Below, piece by piece: positions 36,253-48,800 of a stretch of DNA of 64,000 nucleotides (positions within the stretch are counted from its first letter, which is position 1; each line of letters begins with the position of its first letter). The notes below the pieces were generated by a model. It worked only from the letters and a program-made list of their open reading frames with translations, was not told where the DNA came from and made no database searches. A program made the position numbers and the translations under genes. Origin of the DNA: Nemertoderma westbladi (taxonomy: Eukaryota > Animalia > Xenacoelomorpha). The stretch lies in NCBI GenBank assembly GCA_032718475.1, contig JAUCBJ010002425.1:20604-84603 (forward strand), read 5' to 3'.

Positions 36253-39028
36253 TTTTATTATTGATAGTAACAATGTGTTGGCAAGCTGTATTTATCGAGG
36301 TGTTTGTTATTATACATTTATTATAGGAAGGGATCTAGGGGTTTTAACCTCGAATGATTAGTTTATTTTACCGAAAATAACTTATCCTTTATTGGCGCAA
36401 TTGTAGGACTAATCCCATCACATGCGTACTTTTTAACCGGGTAGTGTACAACTTTAGGAATCGCGTAATTTTTAATTACACGTAAAATTACGCGATTCCT
36501 AAATTTGTACACTACCCGGTTAATAAGTACGCATGTGATGGGATTAGTACGGAAGCCCATAGCGGCCAGGGCACAAACATTAATGAGGGGCACATTAATG
36601 AGGGACACAAACATTAATGAGGGACACAAACATTAATGAGGGACTGGGACACAAACATTAATGAGGGACACAAACATTAATGAGGGACACAAACATTAAT
36701 GAGGGACACAAACATTAATGAGGGACACACATTAATGAGGGACACAAACATTAATGTGGGACACAAACATTAATGGGGGACACAAACATTAATGAGGGAC
36801 ACAAACATTAATGAGGGACACACATTAATGAGGGACACAAACATTAATGTGAGACACAAACATTAATGAGGGGCACATTAATGAGGGACACAAACATTAA
36901 TGAGGGACACAAACATTAATGAGGACCACAAACATTAATGAGGGACACAAACATTAATGAGGGACACACATTAATGAGGGACACAAACATTAATGTGAGA
37001 CACAAACATTAATGAGGGGCACATTAATGAGGGACACAAACATTAATGAGGGACACAAACATTAATGAGGGACACAAACATTAATGTGGGACACAAACAT
37101 TAATGAGGGGCACATTAATGAGGGACACAAACATTAATGAGGGACACAAACATTAATGAGGACCACAAACATTAATGAGGACCACAAACATTAATGAGGG
37201 ACACAAACATTAATGAGGGACACAAACATTAATGAGGGACACAAACATTAATGAGGGACACAAACATTAATGAGGGACACACATTATGAGGGACACAAAC
37301 ATTAATGTGGGACACAAACATTAATGAGGGACACACATTAATGAGGGACACAAACATTAATGAGGGACACAAACATTAATGGGGGACACAAACATTAATG
37401 AGGGACACAAACATTAATGAGGGACACAAACATTAATGAGGGACACAAACATTAATGAGGGACACAAACATTAATGAGGGACACAAACATTAATGAGGGA
37501 TATTCCCTCACATCCCGCACATATTCATATATGTGTATATAATATGTATATATTCATATATAATCACACAAGCTGTGGCCCGAAGGGCCACAGGCTTTCT
37601 AGTTCAATATAAATCCGGTGAGGTAGAAATAGTTTTGATGCATTTGTGGTATAAGTTTCTGTGATGGAACTTGTAAGCATATGTGTGATTTGAAAGGTTT
37701 TTATACTTTAAGTAAATAAATGAGTAAATGGGTTTGTAAGAATATGTGTGGCCCCTAGACATAGACAAATTATTAAGGTGTCTATTAACTATTAAGGTGT
37801 CACTCATTAATGTTTGTGTACCTCATTAATGATTGTGTCCCTCATTAATGTTTGTGTCCCTAATTATTGTGTGTCCCTCGTTAATGTTTGTGTCCCTTAT
37901 TAATGTGTCTCCCTGATTAATGTTTGTGCCCCTTATTAATGTGTGTCGTCATTAATGTTTGTGTCCCTCATTAATGTTTGTGTCCCTCATTAATGTGTGT
38001 CCCTCATTAATGTTTGTGCCCCTCATTAATATGTGTCCCTCATTAATGTTTGTGTCCCTCATTAATGTTTGTATCCCTCATTAATGTTTGTGCCCCTTAT
38101 TAATGTGTGTCCCTGATTAATGTTTGTGTCTCTCATTAATGTTTGTGTCCCTCATTAATGTTTGTGTCCCTCATTAATGTTTGTACCCCTTATTAATGTG
38201 TGTCCCTGATTAATGTTTGTGTCCCCCATTAATGTTTGGACCCTCATTAATGTTTGTGTCCCTCATTAATGTTTGTGTCCCTCATTAATGTTTGTGCCCC
38301 TTATTAATGTTTGTGTCCCTCATTAATGTTTGTGTCCCCCATTAATGTTTGGACCCTCATTAATGTTTGTGTCCCTCATTAATGTTTGTGTCCCTCATTA
38401 ATGTTTGTGTCCCTCATTAATGTTTGTGTCCCCCATTAATGTTTGGACCCTCATTAATGTTTGTGTCCCTCATTAATGTTTGTGTCCCTCATTAATGTTT
38501 GTGTCCCTTATTAATGTTTGTGTCCCTCATTAATGTTTGTGTCCCCCATTAATGTTTGGACCCTCATTAATGTTTGTGTCCCTCATTAATGTTTGTGTCC
38601 CTCATTAATGTTTGTGTCCCTCATTAATGTTTGTGTCCCTCATTAATGTTTGTACCCCTTATTAATGTGTGTCCCTGATTAATGTTTGTGTCCCTCATTA
38701 ATGTTTGTGTCCCTCATTAATGTTTGTGCCCCTTATTAATGTTTGTGTCCCTCATTAATGTTTGTGTCCCCCATTAATGTTTGGACCCTCATTAATGTTT
38801 GTGTCCCTCATTAATGTTTGTGTCCCACATTAATGTTTGAGTCCTGGCCGCTATGGGCTTCCGTAGATTAGTCCTACAATTGCGCCAATAAAGGATAAGT
38901 TATTTTCGGTAAAATATACTTATCATTCGAGGTTAAGACCCCTAGATCCCTTCCTATAATAAATTTATAATAACAAACACCTCGAAAAATACAGCTTGCC
39001 AACACATTGTTACTATCAATAATAAAAA
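36253..39028. repeat. Palindromic (hairpin) element with ~230-bp arms, interrupted by the 36548-38865 insertion; third arm copy at 39220-39372
   Basis: Arm 36253-36475 is the reverse complement of 36484-36547 plus 38872-39028; centre AATCGCGTAATTTT..AAAATTACGCGATT. Confidence 0.8.
36548..38865. mobile_element. Foldback-like TIR element (TACGGAAGCCC ends) with inverted 20-bp tandem arrays and 6-bp TSD
   Basis: Ends TACGGAAGCCCATAGCGGCCAGG / CCTGGCCGCTATGGGCTTCCGTA; (ACAAACATTAATGAGGGAC-type, ~20 bp)n at 36572-37500 and its reverse complement at ~37800-38840; TSD GATTAG; uninterrupted target sequence at ~39270-39300. Confidence 0.9.
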
Positions 39029-39058
39029 ATCAGGGGCTAATAAAAATGGCCGCTGGCT

Positions 39059-39217
39059 TTGAAATTAATACTCCATATCTCAAGAACCTGTGGCCTAGTG
39101 GTTGTTGTCTCGGCTTCTACCTCGAGGTCCCAGGTTCGAATCCGACACCACGCTGATGAGACCCGGTAAGGTCGAAACGCGTACGTGGTTTGGAGAGATA
39201 TGAGATATTAATTTCAA
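39059..39217 (+). ncRNA. tRNA-type Pol III promoter fused to a minimal type I hammerhead ribozyme, flanked by inverted repeats
   Basis: A box TGGCCTAGTGG (39091-39101), B box GGTTCGAATCC (39133-39143), then ACCACG-CTGATGA-GACC(CGGTAA)GGTC-GAAA-CGCG-TA-CGTGGT (39147-39189); flanks TTGAAATTAATACTCCATATCTC / GAGATATGAGATATTAATTTCAA. Confidence 0.82.
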
Positions 39218-40159
39218 GAAAAATTACGCGATTCCTAAATTTGTACACTACTCGGTTAAATAGTACCAATGTGATGGGATTAGTCCTACAATTGCGCCAA
39301 GAAAAGATAAGTTATTTTCGGTAAAATAAACTAATCATTCGAGGTTAAGACCCCTAGATCCCTTCCTTTACATTTTATAGTATGATTTGCGGCTTGTATT
39401 TCGCTTAGTGTGAAAGGCCTTTTCAAAAACAGCTTTGATTCAATAAGATTCAAGCGAAGCGGAACGGATTTGCTCTCAGGCAATTCCGCTTGAACCGTTC
39501 TTACTGACTGCCGCTTGGCCTTGGATGCCATTTACCTTCCCGCATAGTGTGAAGGAAGGGGTATTTACAATCTACTTGCAAGCGACTTAATTTTTCTTAA
39601 GTGAATTGCAAGCGGATTGACAATCCGCTTGAATTCCGTTTAGTGGGAAGGCCCAGTAAAGAACTCATATCACATCAGACTTAGTAAAGGCTCCACCCTA
39701 TGACCCAGTTAGAAATTTTTATATGACTGAGAGGTGGTCGTAGCGTCATGGGATCAGAGTCTACAACCAATATATCAAGTATAAAGAACAGTATGCACTA
39801 TTTTTCAATTTTAGTTGCCATGGCAACTGGTAATTTTTAACTAGAAACGAGCTATATATTAGCCGTAGCGTCATTAAATCATCCTCCACCCCACTTTATC
39901 GATTATAAGGAAAAACATGCAATATATTTTGCATTCTAAATGCCATGGCAACTCATTAGAATTGTTGACTTAGTGTTAGACATGAGAACTGCAGGCGGAT
40001 TAACCTCCTTTGAAGAAAGATACAGATGATGTTCTAGTACACATCTGCCACGTTATAGCTTAAACGGATCAAAAGCAAAGAAATCGAGAACATTTAATGA
40101 TTAGACATGTAGCCCCCTGCGGCTGACAGATTACATGTAGAAATCTGTCTGTATACAAA

Positions 40160-41656
40160 GACAAGAAGTGGGGCCTTCGCGCAGCACGTGACTTAAATTT
40201 AATTTAAGTACTAATTCGAAAGTATTACTGTATTAGCAAATTTTAAGCAGATTTCGCCTAATCACTTTTTACCTCTTTCATTTCTATTCAGACATTTCTG
40301 ACTCTAGCGGTATAGTGAGAACTGAAGATGGATTAGGGTCTCCAGCCCCACAAAGACACAGCCTATGGATGAATAGTACATACGTACATCGGCCAAGTTT
40401 CATCTTGAATAACGGATAACGAAATGAGAGACGGATCTCACTTTCAGAAATTTCGTCGTATAGCGGCAGACCGATTAAATCTCCCCCCCCCCCCCCCCCC
40501 CACAAAGACGCAGCATGTGGTCCAGAATATATGGCAAGATTCAGCTTAAACTGATTAAAATCAATGAGACGGGAGAATCTATTCACTTTCAGGCATAAAG
40601 TAGTCCTATAGCGGGTGACTGTTGAACTGATTTTCAACAAAACAAATTTTCAACTTGGCAGCTTTAAATTCGACAAAGTTATAAGCATGTCAATATCATA
40701 ACGACGACAACGATTTCACTTTCAGACTTTTGGCCCTCTAGCGGCAGACTGGAGAACTGCAGATGGATTCGCCTCCTTTGAAAGTCACAGCTAATGGTCT
40801 AATACATATCTGCCAAGTTTCAGCTTAAACGGATTAAAAGCAAAGAAATGGGAGGGCATTTAATGCTTAGACATGTGGCCCTCTAGCGGGAGACCATTGC
40901 ACTGATGGTGTCTGAAAGTCTCTCAAAAATCTCAACTTTTGCTCATATTGATACCTACAAATTTTCAACTTGGCAGCTTTAAATCCGACAAAGTTATTAG
41001 CATGTCAAAATCGTAACGACGACAACGATTTCACTTTCAGACCTTTGGCCCTCTAGCGGCAGACTGGAGAACTGCAGATGGATTCGCCTCCTTTGAAATT
41101 CACAGCTAATGGTCTAATACATATCTGCCAAGTTTCAGCTTAAACGGATTAAAAGCAAAGAAATGGGAGGGCATTTAATGTTTAGACATGTGGCCCTCTA
41201 GCGGGAGACCATTGCACTGATGGTGTCTGAAAGTCTCTCAAAAATCTCAACTTTTGCTCATATTGATACCTACAAATTTTCAACTTGGCAGCTTTAAATC
41301 CGACAAAGTTATTAGCATGTCAAAATCGTAACGACGACAACGATTTCACTTTCAGACCTTTGGCCCTCTAGCGGCAGACTGGAGAACTGCAGATGGATTC
41401 GCCTCCTTTGAAATTCACAGCTAATGGTCTAATACATATCTGCCAAGTTTCAGCTTAAACGGATTAAAAGCAAAGAAATGGGAGGGCATTTAATGTTTAG
41501 ACATGTGGCCCTCTAGCGGGAGACCATTGCACTGATGGTGTCTGAAAGTCTCTCAAAAATCTCAACTTTTGCTCATATTGATACCTACAAATTTTCAACT
41601 TGGCAGCTTTAAATCCGACAAAGTTATTAGCATGTCAAAATCGTAACGACGACGAC

Positions 41657-41688
<32 letters not shown>

Positions 41689-41790
41689 CAACGACGACGA
41701 CGACGACAACTATTTGCATAAATTGACCCACCCCCTAACAGTGTCAATTCGCTAAGGCTCCGCCAACTTCGTGGCTCGCCCCACAAACAA
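40160..41790 (-). mobile_element. Helentron-associated (HINE/DINE-1-like) non-autonomous element with (GTC)n microsatellite and 315-bp tandem repeats
   Basis: Minus-strand 5' TTTGTGGGGCGAGCCACGAAG, then (GTC)n 41646-41708, ~3.2 copies of a 315-bp unit (CAACTTGGCAGC at 40651, 40966, 41281, 41596), and a 3' end CACGTGCTGCGCGAAGGCCCCACTTCTTGT (similar end at ~53230-53256). Confidence 0.65.
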
Positions 41791-42112
41791 ATTGATATAG
41801 TGGTACTCGCATGTTAAGCGAGCTTAGCTTGCGATAACTCGCCCCACATACCGGAATTATTGTTGGAATTATTGTTTTTTAGTTGCCATGGCAACTAGAA
41901 ACTGAAAAATGGTGCATATTGTTCCTTATGCTTGATATATTGGGGGTGGTTTTTACTTCAAGGTGTACTAAATAACAGGTCAGAGCAGCGAGCGGATTGC
42001 TGAAATTAGCGTGAGGCCGATCTTTTCCCTATTTATGGCACTTTATTCATAATATTTCCTTAGAAACTTCTTTTATGCTACTTTTGTTAGGTGGATATGA
42101 TGACTAGGGTTC

Positions 42113-43902
42113 ATAGAAATGTAATAAAATGTCTTTCTGGAATTTTTATCATGTTGTTGCCAAGGTAACCGGGTGCAAAGTTCAAACTGTGCGCGCCTGT
42201 ATTTCAAGGCAGCGAGGGATTCTGTTCCTTGAGATTTGGTAGGTGATTAACACGTTAGCTGCGGCTCCGAAACCACTGGTTCTTTGTTACTGCGGATTGT
42301 GCACCGGTGAACAACCATGTGCTGTTCCATGACTGCGGCAGGATTTGAGGCTTGGCGTTTAGTTAGTGCGGATTGTGCACCGGTGAACATTCCTGTGCAG
42401 TTCCTCAACTGCGGATTGTGCGCCGGTGCTCAACAAATTACTTTTTGTTAATTACATTTTGCGGGAATGCCTTTGGGCACCGGTGCTCAAATTCACTATC
42501 ATTGTATTTATAAAACAATGGAGAACCACCATAGAAAAAACCGCATCTCAATAGCTCCGTCCAGTCCAGAGATAGTGGTTTGAATTTCATCAAAATTTTA
42601 TATATTTTTTATGATTTTACTCTTACAGGGTTAACAATTTTCAAAACTGTACCAATAATTAATTATCCCATCACATTAGTAAATGACTTTTGGCCACTTT
42701 CGAAATTTCAGGGGGTAACCCCATAGTAGATAATGTCTGCAGTTTAACGCCACCCCCCCCCCCCCCCCCCCCACCATCAATTATTTGGGTTTTAAAAACA
42801 TTTATAAAGTAAAACAATATAAAATAACATTGTTATTGTTACAAGCACATTTGCTCATGCAATATAAATTAATACATGAAAAGTAAACAGTAAACAGTTA
42901 TTGCTTAACTAACAATGAACTAAATCAAATAGGCCTAATAGCTACTATGCTACAGTAGAGCATTTTAAAAATCCCGCCATATTTATATAAGTGGAAATAT
43001 TGAGCACCGGCGCTCAATCCGCACTGGCACTTGTGTAGTGCGGATTGTGCACCGGTGCACAAACCCAAAAAAATATATATATGAGTCATACAAAGGTCAC
43101 AGATACCGAATATGACAACAGCTGATGTATTTGAGCACCGGTGCTCAACTTATAGCCTCCGCACTAAGGGCTAACCAAGCCAAAATAGCTCCGCACTATC
43201 AGGGTTGCACAGGTCATGTTCACCGGTGCTCAATCCGCAGTAAGAAGTTGACAGGGAGTAAAACCTGCCGCAGTAAAGTTAAAACACGAATTGTGCACCG
43301 GTGCTCAATCCGCAGCTAACGTGTTAAAGGAAATAAAAGTATATCAAAATATTTTACATTTGAATCTGTTTACATTCCCGTTGCCATGGAAATAAGTAGA
43401 TTGAAAAATTTGAAAATTTGTCTACCAATTCTATAAAACACCATTTTTATTCGGTTTGTCAGTCTAAATAATAAGTTAAAATTGCCAAAATTTTATTTTA
43501 TAATTCGTTAATTGTGAATCATATTTCTAAAAGTCAATATTTGCCTACAAACTAAACTATCCAATCAGAGAGCAAGACCTGTAATAGCATGATTTTGACA
43601 TTCCAGAATATCAAATTTCGGTTAGCAATTATTAGAAATATAAGTAGTAAATAGTAGCCCAATTTCTATCTGGCAGTCATAATGGGAAATTATCGTAATT
43701 CCCGTCACCATGGAAAGGGGATTGAAAAAAATTCAAGTAAATATTTTGATAGACTTTTATTTCCTTTAGTCATATATCAAATCTCAAGAACATAATCCCT
43801 TGTTGTCTTGAATTACGGGCGCTAGAAATTTGAAGTTTGCACCCGGTTTCCTTGGCAACTACAAGATAAAAATTCCAGAAAGACATTTTATTACATTTCT
43901 AT
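42113..43902. mobile_element. Nested TIR element (ATAGAAATGTAATAAAATGTC ends)
   Basis: ~105-bp inverted repeats at 42113-42220 and 43796-43902. Confidence 0.65.
42251..43323. mobile_element. Non-autonomous piggyBac-like element
   Basis: TTAA|CACGTTAGCTGCGG ... CCGCAGCTAACGTG|TTAA, with subterminal GCACCGGTG repeats. Confidence 0.85.
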
Positions 43903-44343
43903 TCTACAGGTTTTTTTGGCGCTAAATGTGGCGCCAGCGCCATATCACATCGCCGTGGCGCCATTGGCAGGAAGCTCGATGGCGGCAGCAGCGTCATCGA
44001 GATTTCTCCGAGCTTTGCCCCATTATTGCATATTCTATGACAACGGTACAGTATCGGTATTAAAAAAAATATTTAAATTAAAATGGATTCCCACACAGAC
44101 TCATATTGTTTGAGGTGGTGAAGGTGGGCACATCATTTTAACTTTCAACTAGTTTAGTTGACATGTTATGTTATTTAGTTAATTATAGTTGTTTTATTAA
44201 CTTGTCACGAATTTACAGTAGTTAGTTACAAGAATTTAATTTGAAACGTTAGGCCCCCCTCACACGGAGCAACTTGTTTCTGCAACTTTTTTCTGAAAAT
44301 TATTGCTGAAACTCGTTGCTGGACTCCCTCACACACAGAAACT

Positions 44344-44622
44344 GGCCCATGTGAAGAATACCAGACTTTCTACCGTTATATTTCACTTTGCATGTTACCC
44401 CCATGTGAAGAATACCAGGTTTTCACCAAAAACACAGGTTACAGAAGGGCTGAATTTAACCAAAACAATAAACGAATTAGTATATGTACAGGTTATAAGA
44501 CAGAAATAAGCGTTATAAAACACTTAACAAAGATAAATTAAAAAAAATAAAAAATCTTCATATATAAAATTCCAATAAAAAGTCGACCGAAAAGTGAAAT
44601 CCTGGTATTCTTCACATGGGCG
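44344..44622. mobile_element. MITE GGCCCATGTGAAGAATACCAG family inserted into the ~45-bp repeat region
   Basis: TIRs as at 14365-14641; 8-bp direct flanks CAGAAACT at 44336-44343 and 44623-44630. Confidence 0.8.
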
Positions 44623-44689
44623 CAGAAACTTGTTGCTGCAACTTGTTTCCGAAACTTGTTTCGGAATCTTGTTGTTGCAACTTGTATCC

Positions 44690-45250
44690 GAAACTTGTTT
44701 CTGTGAGTGAGGGAGTCCAGCAACAAGTTGCTACACGTTGTTTCTGTGAGTGAGGGAGTCCAGCAACAAGATGCTAAAACTTGTTTCTGTGAGTGAGGGA
44801 GTCCAGCAACAAGTAGCTACAACTTGTTTCTGTGAGTGAGGGAGTCCAGCACCAAGTTGCTACAACTTGTTTCTGTGAGTGAGGGAGTCCAGCAACAAGT
44901 AGGTACAACTTGTTTCTGTGAGTGAGGGAGTCCAGCAACAAGTTGCTACAACTTGTTTGCAAAACTTGTTTCTGTTTGTGAAGAAGTCAAGCAACAAGTT
45001 GCTGAAACTTGTTTCTGTGAGTGTGGGAGTCCAGCAACAAGTTGCTACAACTTGTTTCTGTGAGTGAGGGAGTCCAGCAACAAGTTGCTACAACTTGTTT
45101 CTGTGTGTGAAGGAGTCCAGCAACAAGTTGCTACGCTACACTTGTTTGCGAAACTTGTTTCTGTGTGTGTAGAAGTCCAGCAACAAGTTTCTGAAACTTG
45201 TTTCTGTGAGTGTGGGAGTCCAGCAACAAGTTGCTACAACTTGTTTCTGT
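44690..45250. repeat. ~45-bp tandem repeat (AACTTGTTTCTGTGAGTGAGGGAGTCCAGCAACAAGTTGCTAC)
   Basis: About 11 units; an inverted unit and a Harbinger-like GGCCCCCCTCACAC start lie at 44252-44343. Confidence 0.85.
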
Positions 45251-45896
45251 TCATATCCACCTAACAAAAGTACCATATAAGAAGTTTCTACGGAAATATT
45301 ATGAAAAAGCTATGAGAAAGATCGGCCTCTGCTAATTTCAGCAATCCGCTCGCTGCATGACCTGTTATTTAGTACACCTTGTGGTTGTGGTAAATATATA
45401 TACATGTCGTTTTCACATTGTTGCTATGAATTTTCAAAACACAAACTATGCCATTACATTCTTCATATACAAAATATTATTCTGCCATAAATTTTAACTC
45501 GTCATATCTGCTGCTGTTGCTATGGTAATTTCATCCGTTGCTATGTTTAAGACCCTGTAAAAACGAGCGCAACCATTAGGTGAAGTCTACCCAAATTTCT
45601 TACAATATCCCATAGTTCCAATAAACATCTATGTGGGGTTGCTCCGTCAACTAAAAAATTCATAAGGGCTCATAGGCGAGGGCCTTTACTGAACTGGGAC
45701 GAGCGATAGATAATTAAAAATATAAACATAATTTATCGACGGCAAATTATTAATTTATTATTGTCTGTGGCGTAGGCCGAACGGGTAACTAGATTAAGTT
45801 TAACAGTACTATATAATATTATATCATTGGTTGATTAAATAGGATTCATTTTGGTTAAGGGACAAGCATATACCAAATTAATTTTAATACTTTTAG

Positions 45897-48800
45897 ATGC
45901 GGACAATGAATTCCAATATGTTCCTGTGCTGATGTTGTTGAAGCCATATGTGATTGGTAGTAAGGCTGCTACCGAGGAAGATGATGAGGAATGTGAAACA
46001 GTTCCAGTTGGTGATGATGAAGACGATGACGATGACAACAATGCTGAATATGTTGGCGATGTGGTAAAGTGTCCCTTTGTATTCGAGTTGCCTTTGAACC
46101 ACCAAGCATACAGAGCTGTATATCGTAACGGGCAGGGTGGCCTTTCTATTCGAGGTCTCGCGTCGTCGATGGCTATCGATAAACTGACTGCGCGATATCT
46201 CGATAAGTCCTTGCGGAATGACCGCAGTAAACCAATTGTGTCAGTGATGGAGGACCACGGAAAGCAACGCCTACTGAAACTCAAAGCGTGGGAATTTCAT
46301 CAACAAACCAATAAATCATTCGCTCGCACTCCTGAACCCAAATCCCAAGCAGCTTGTAATGAATCCCCTATAAAAGTCAGTGAGGAGATTCTAAAACAGC
46401 CAGACGTGATTCTTAGTGAAGCAGATGCTGGGAATTATGTAGGGAGGGATTTGCATTCGGCACAATACCGTCCGCGTGAGGGTAGTCCGGCTCCGGACAA
46501 CTCGCAGATAGTCAACAACGTTCTGTCTGTGGCTGTAAATCTGACAGCAACCCGGTGTAAAGGTCACGAGATGTCTACGCGAATGACGGACAGAATGTCC
46601 TTCATATACGATTACATCCAGTCCCACGGCGTCATTAAAGGTACAGTGTCATCGTACGTGGCGTTGTGTGACCACGAACGCGATAAGGGTATCGCAACCA
46701 AAGTGTGCCGTAAGACTGTTATCAAACTCCTGAATCTTATGGTGGAATACGATGTTATAAATAAATTGGTTCGGACCTATACGGCTGGGGGTAAGGAACA
46801 TAAGGTAGTGTTGTTTACGTCAAGAGAGCTCCCTCCAGATGACCCGAAGATCTGCGCTGCTCTTGCCAACTTCGAGGTGCGTCACGTAGTAGAGAAGGAA
46901 GTATCTTCCGATTCCGATGAGTTTGACATGGATGCATCCAATAATGCTTTGGATAATCTGGATGGTAAGGAATCAACTGAAATGCGACCTCCACCCCGAA
47001 TGGGCAATCAATGGGGTACTTTCTACGGTCTGCAACCGAAGATGACTCGGTTGAGGGAGTTGCACACGTTTCTTTGGTATCTTCAGTACGGTCACCCGCA
47101 AGGTCGGGGCGACCGCCAGCAGTGGATCGATGGACTCGTTTATAACGAGATCGACGATTGGCGTCGTTTCGTTCCATCGATTCCGTTCCACCAGGAGAAA
47201 CCCGACTGGCTGTACCTCGAGGATATCATCCCAATATTCCCGTTGTCGCTCTTCTGCGGCATCATCAACGTCATATACCGCATCGACAGTTTGGTCCAGT
47301 ATCTGGATGATAGCATTGATAGATACCGTCTCATCCACACTCTGCCCTCCAGCGTTCGTTTCCAACTGCTGTACAAACGCAAATACCAGGATAATTTAAT
47401 ATGTTCCCTCAATCGTCTCGTAGTCATGGGTCTCATCTCTATCGATCGCCGAACTAAAACCGAGCAGTACATCTATGTGCACCCTTGTGCCACGTACGCA
47501 GATACTCGAAGGTTGGTCCCTGCTGAGGAACCACCATCACTCGATTTTATAACTCAACAGTTCAATGTGATAGAAGATGTGAAACTCTATTGGAATATCA
47601 TACAGAATATATCGACTAACACTTCAGTTCAATACTGTAGCTACGCCACTGTCGCTGGAACCAGTAACGCCAACGACGAAGTTGTTAGGGAGTTAGCGTG
47701 TTCTCTCTATTTCAACAAAGATTCTAAGAATATTTTGGATGTGGAGCAACCACGACCTCTGGTGGGCAATATGCGAGGTGCGTGCGGATTCGATTCCCAC
47801 TTGTGGGTCCACCCCGTTAAGAACTGGTTCTTACAGCGACAATCTAAGGGTCCTGGTTATAAGAGGAGGACGGCCCTTGTCGAAGAGGGTACCATACCGC
47901 TGTTACCTTATGGCAGTAACAATTCGCTGGAAGTCGATGGAGGTTCTTATGCGGTGACCTCCGCTGCGAAACAGAGGAAGGTGGATGTGGTTGGTGGGAA
48001 AGGGTTAAAGCGAGCGAGAAAGTCTCATCCTAAGAAGACACAACAGAATATTGACGATGCTTCGGATGAAATGGATGATGATAGCGGTGGTTTTCTGGGG
48101 GTAGAAGATAGTGGTGATGGTGGGGTTAAAGTAAAGCGGCTGAAACGTAAGTTAAATAATCTCGATAATTCCGAAATATCTTACGAATATAAAAGCTCAG
48201 CGGCTCAACCCAATAAGCGGAAGCTAGCCACAATGCGTCGATATCGGGGTGTTAGAACTCCCACAGAGAATGGTTTTCTGATGCTGTGCCGATTAGCTGG
48301 CGATCTTTTGGCTTTTAAACGTAGACCCTTTATCTCATGGGAACTCATTAACATCATGTTGAAGGAAAGGTTTCCCAATTCAGCACCATACAGTGCTTTC
48401 AATTCGAAACAAACCAACGAGGAGATTTCAGCACTGGCTAATGATAATATCCGGCGTCGGGTAAGTGACCTTCTGCGACGGGATTGCAATAGGACCAACT
48501 TCGCTGTCTGCAGTATCAAGGCGAGTTCGGACGAGGAGGTCAAAGAACTTCTGCGAAGGAAAGCTGGCAATTACATGACGGATGTGAATCTCCGGCGTGC
48601 GGAACTGAGAGAATTAGTCGAGATACTCGTTCGCAAGTTCCATTTATGCGAGGATTCTTCCTGGATAATACCTGATTCCTTAGAGGAATTCAACGAAACT
48701 TTTAAGCTTCTTCTACCAGCTGAGCCATCGAATAGGTTTACAATGAAGATTACTTGTATTACCGATATTGAGATGACCGCCGTAATGAACATGATCATTT

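Larger units (their letters stand above)
41959..45381. mobile_element. Non-autonomous TIR element (CAAGGTGTACTAAATAACAGGTCA ends) hosting nested insertions
   Basis: ~140-bp imperfect TIRs at 41959-42100 and 45251-45381; no clear TSD. Confidence 0.75.

Noticed and set aside
41595-41786. Poly-Arg peptide ORF
   Set aside because: Translation of the (GTC)n microsatellite of the HINE-like element.
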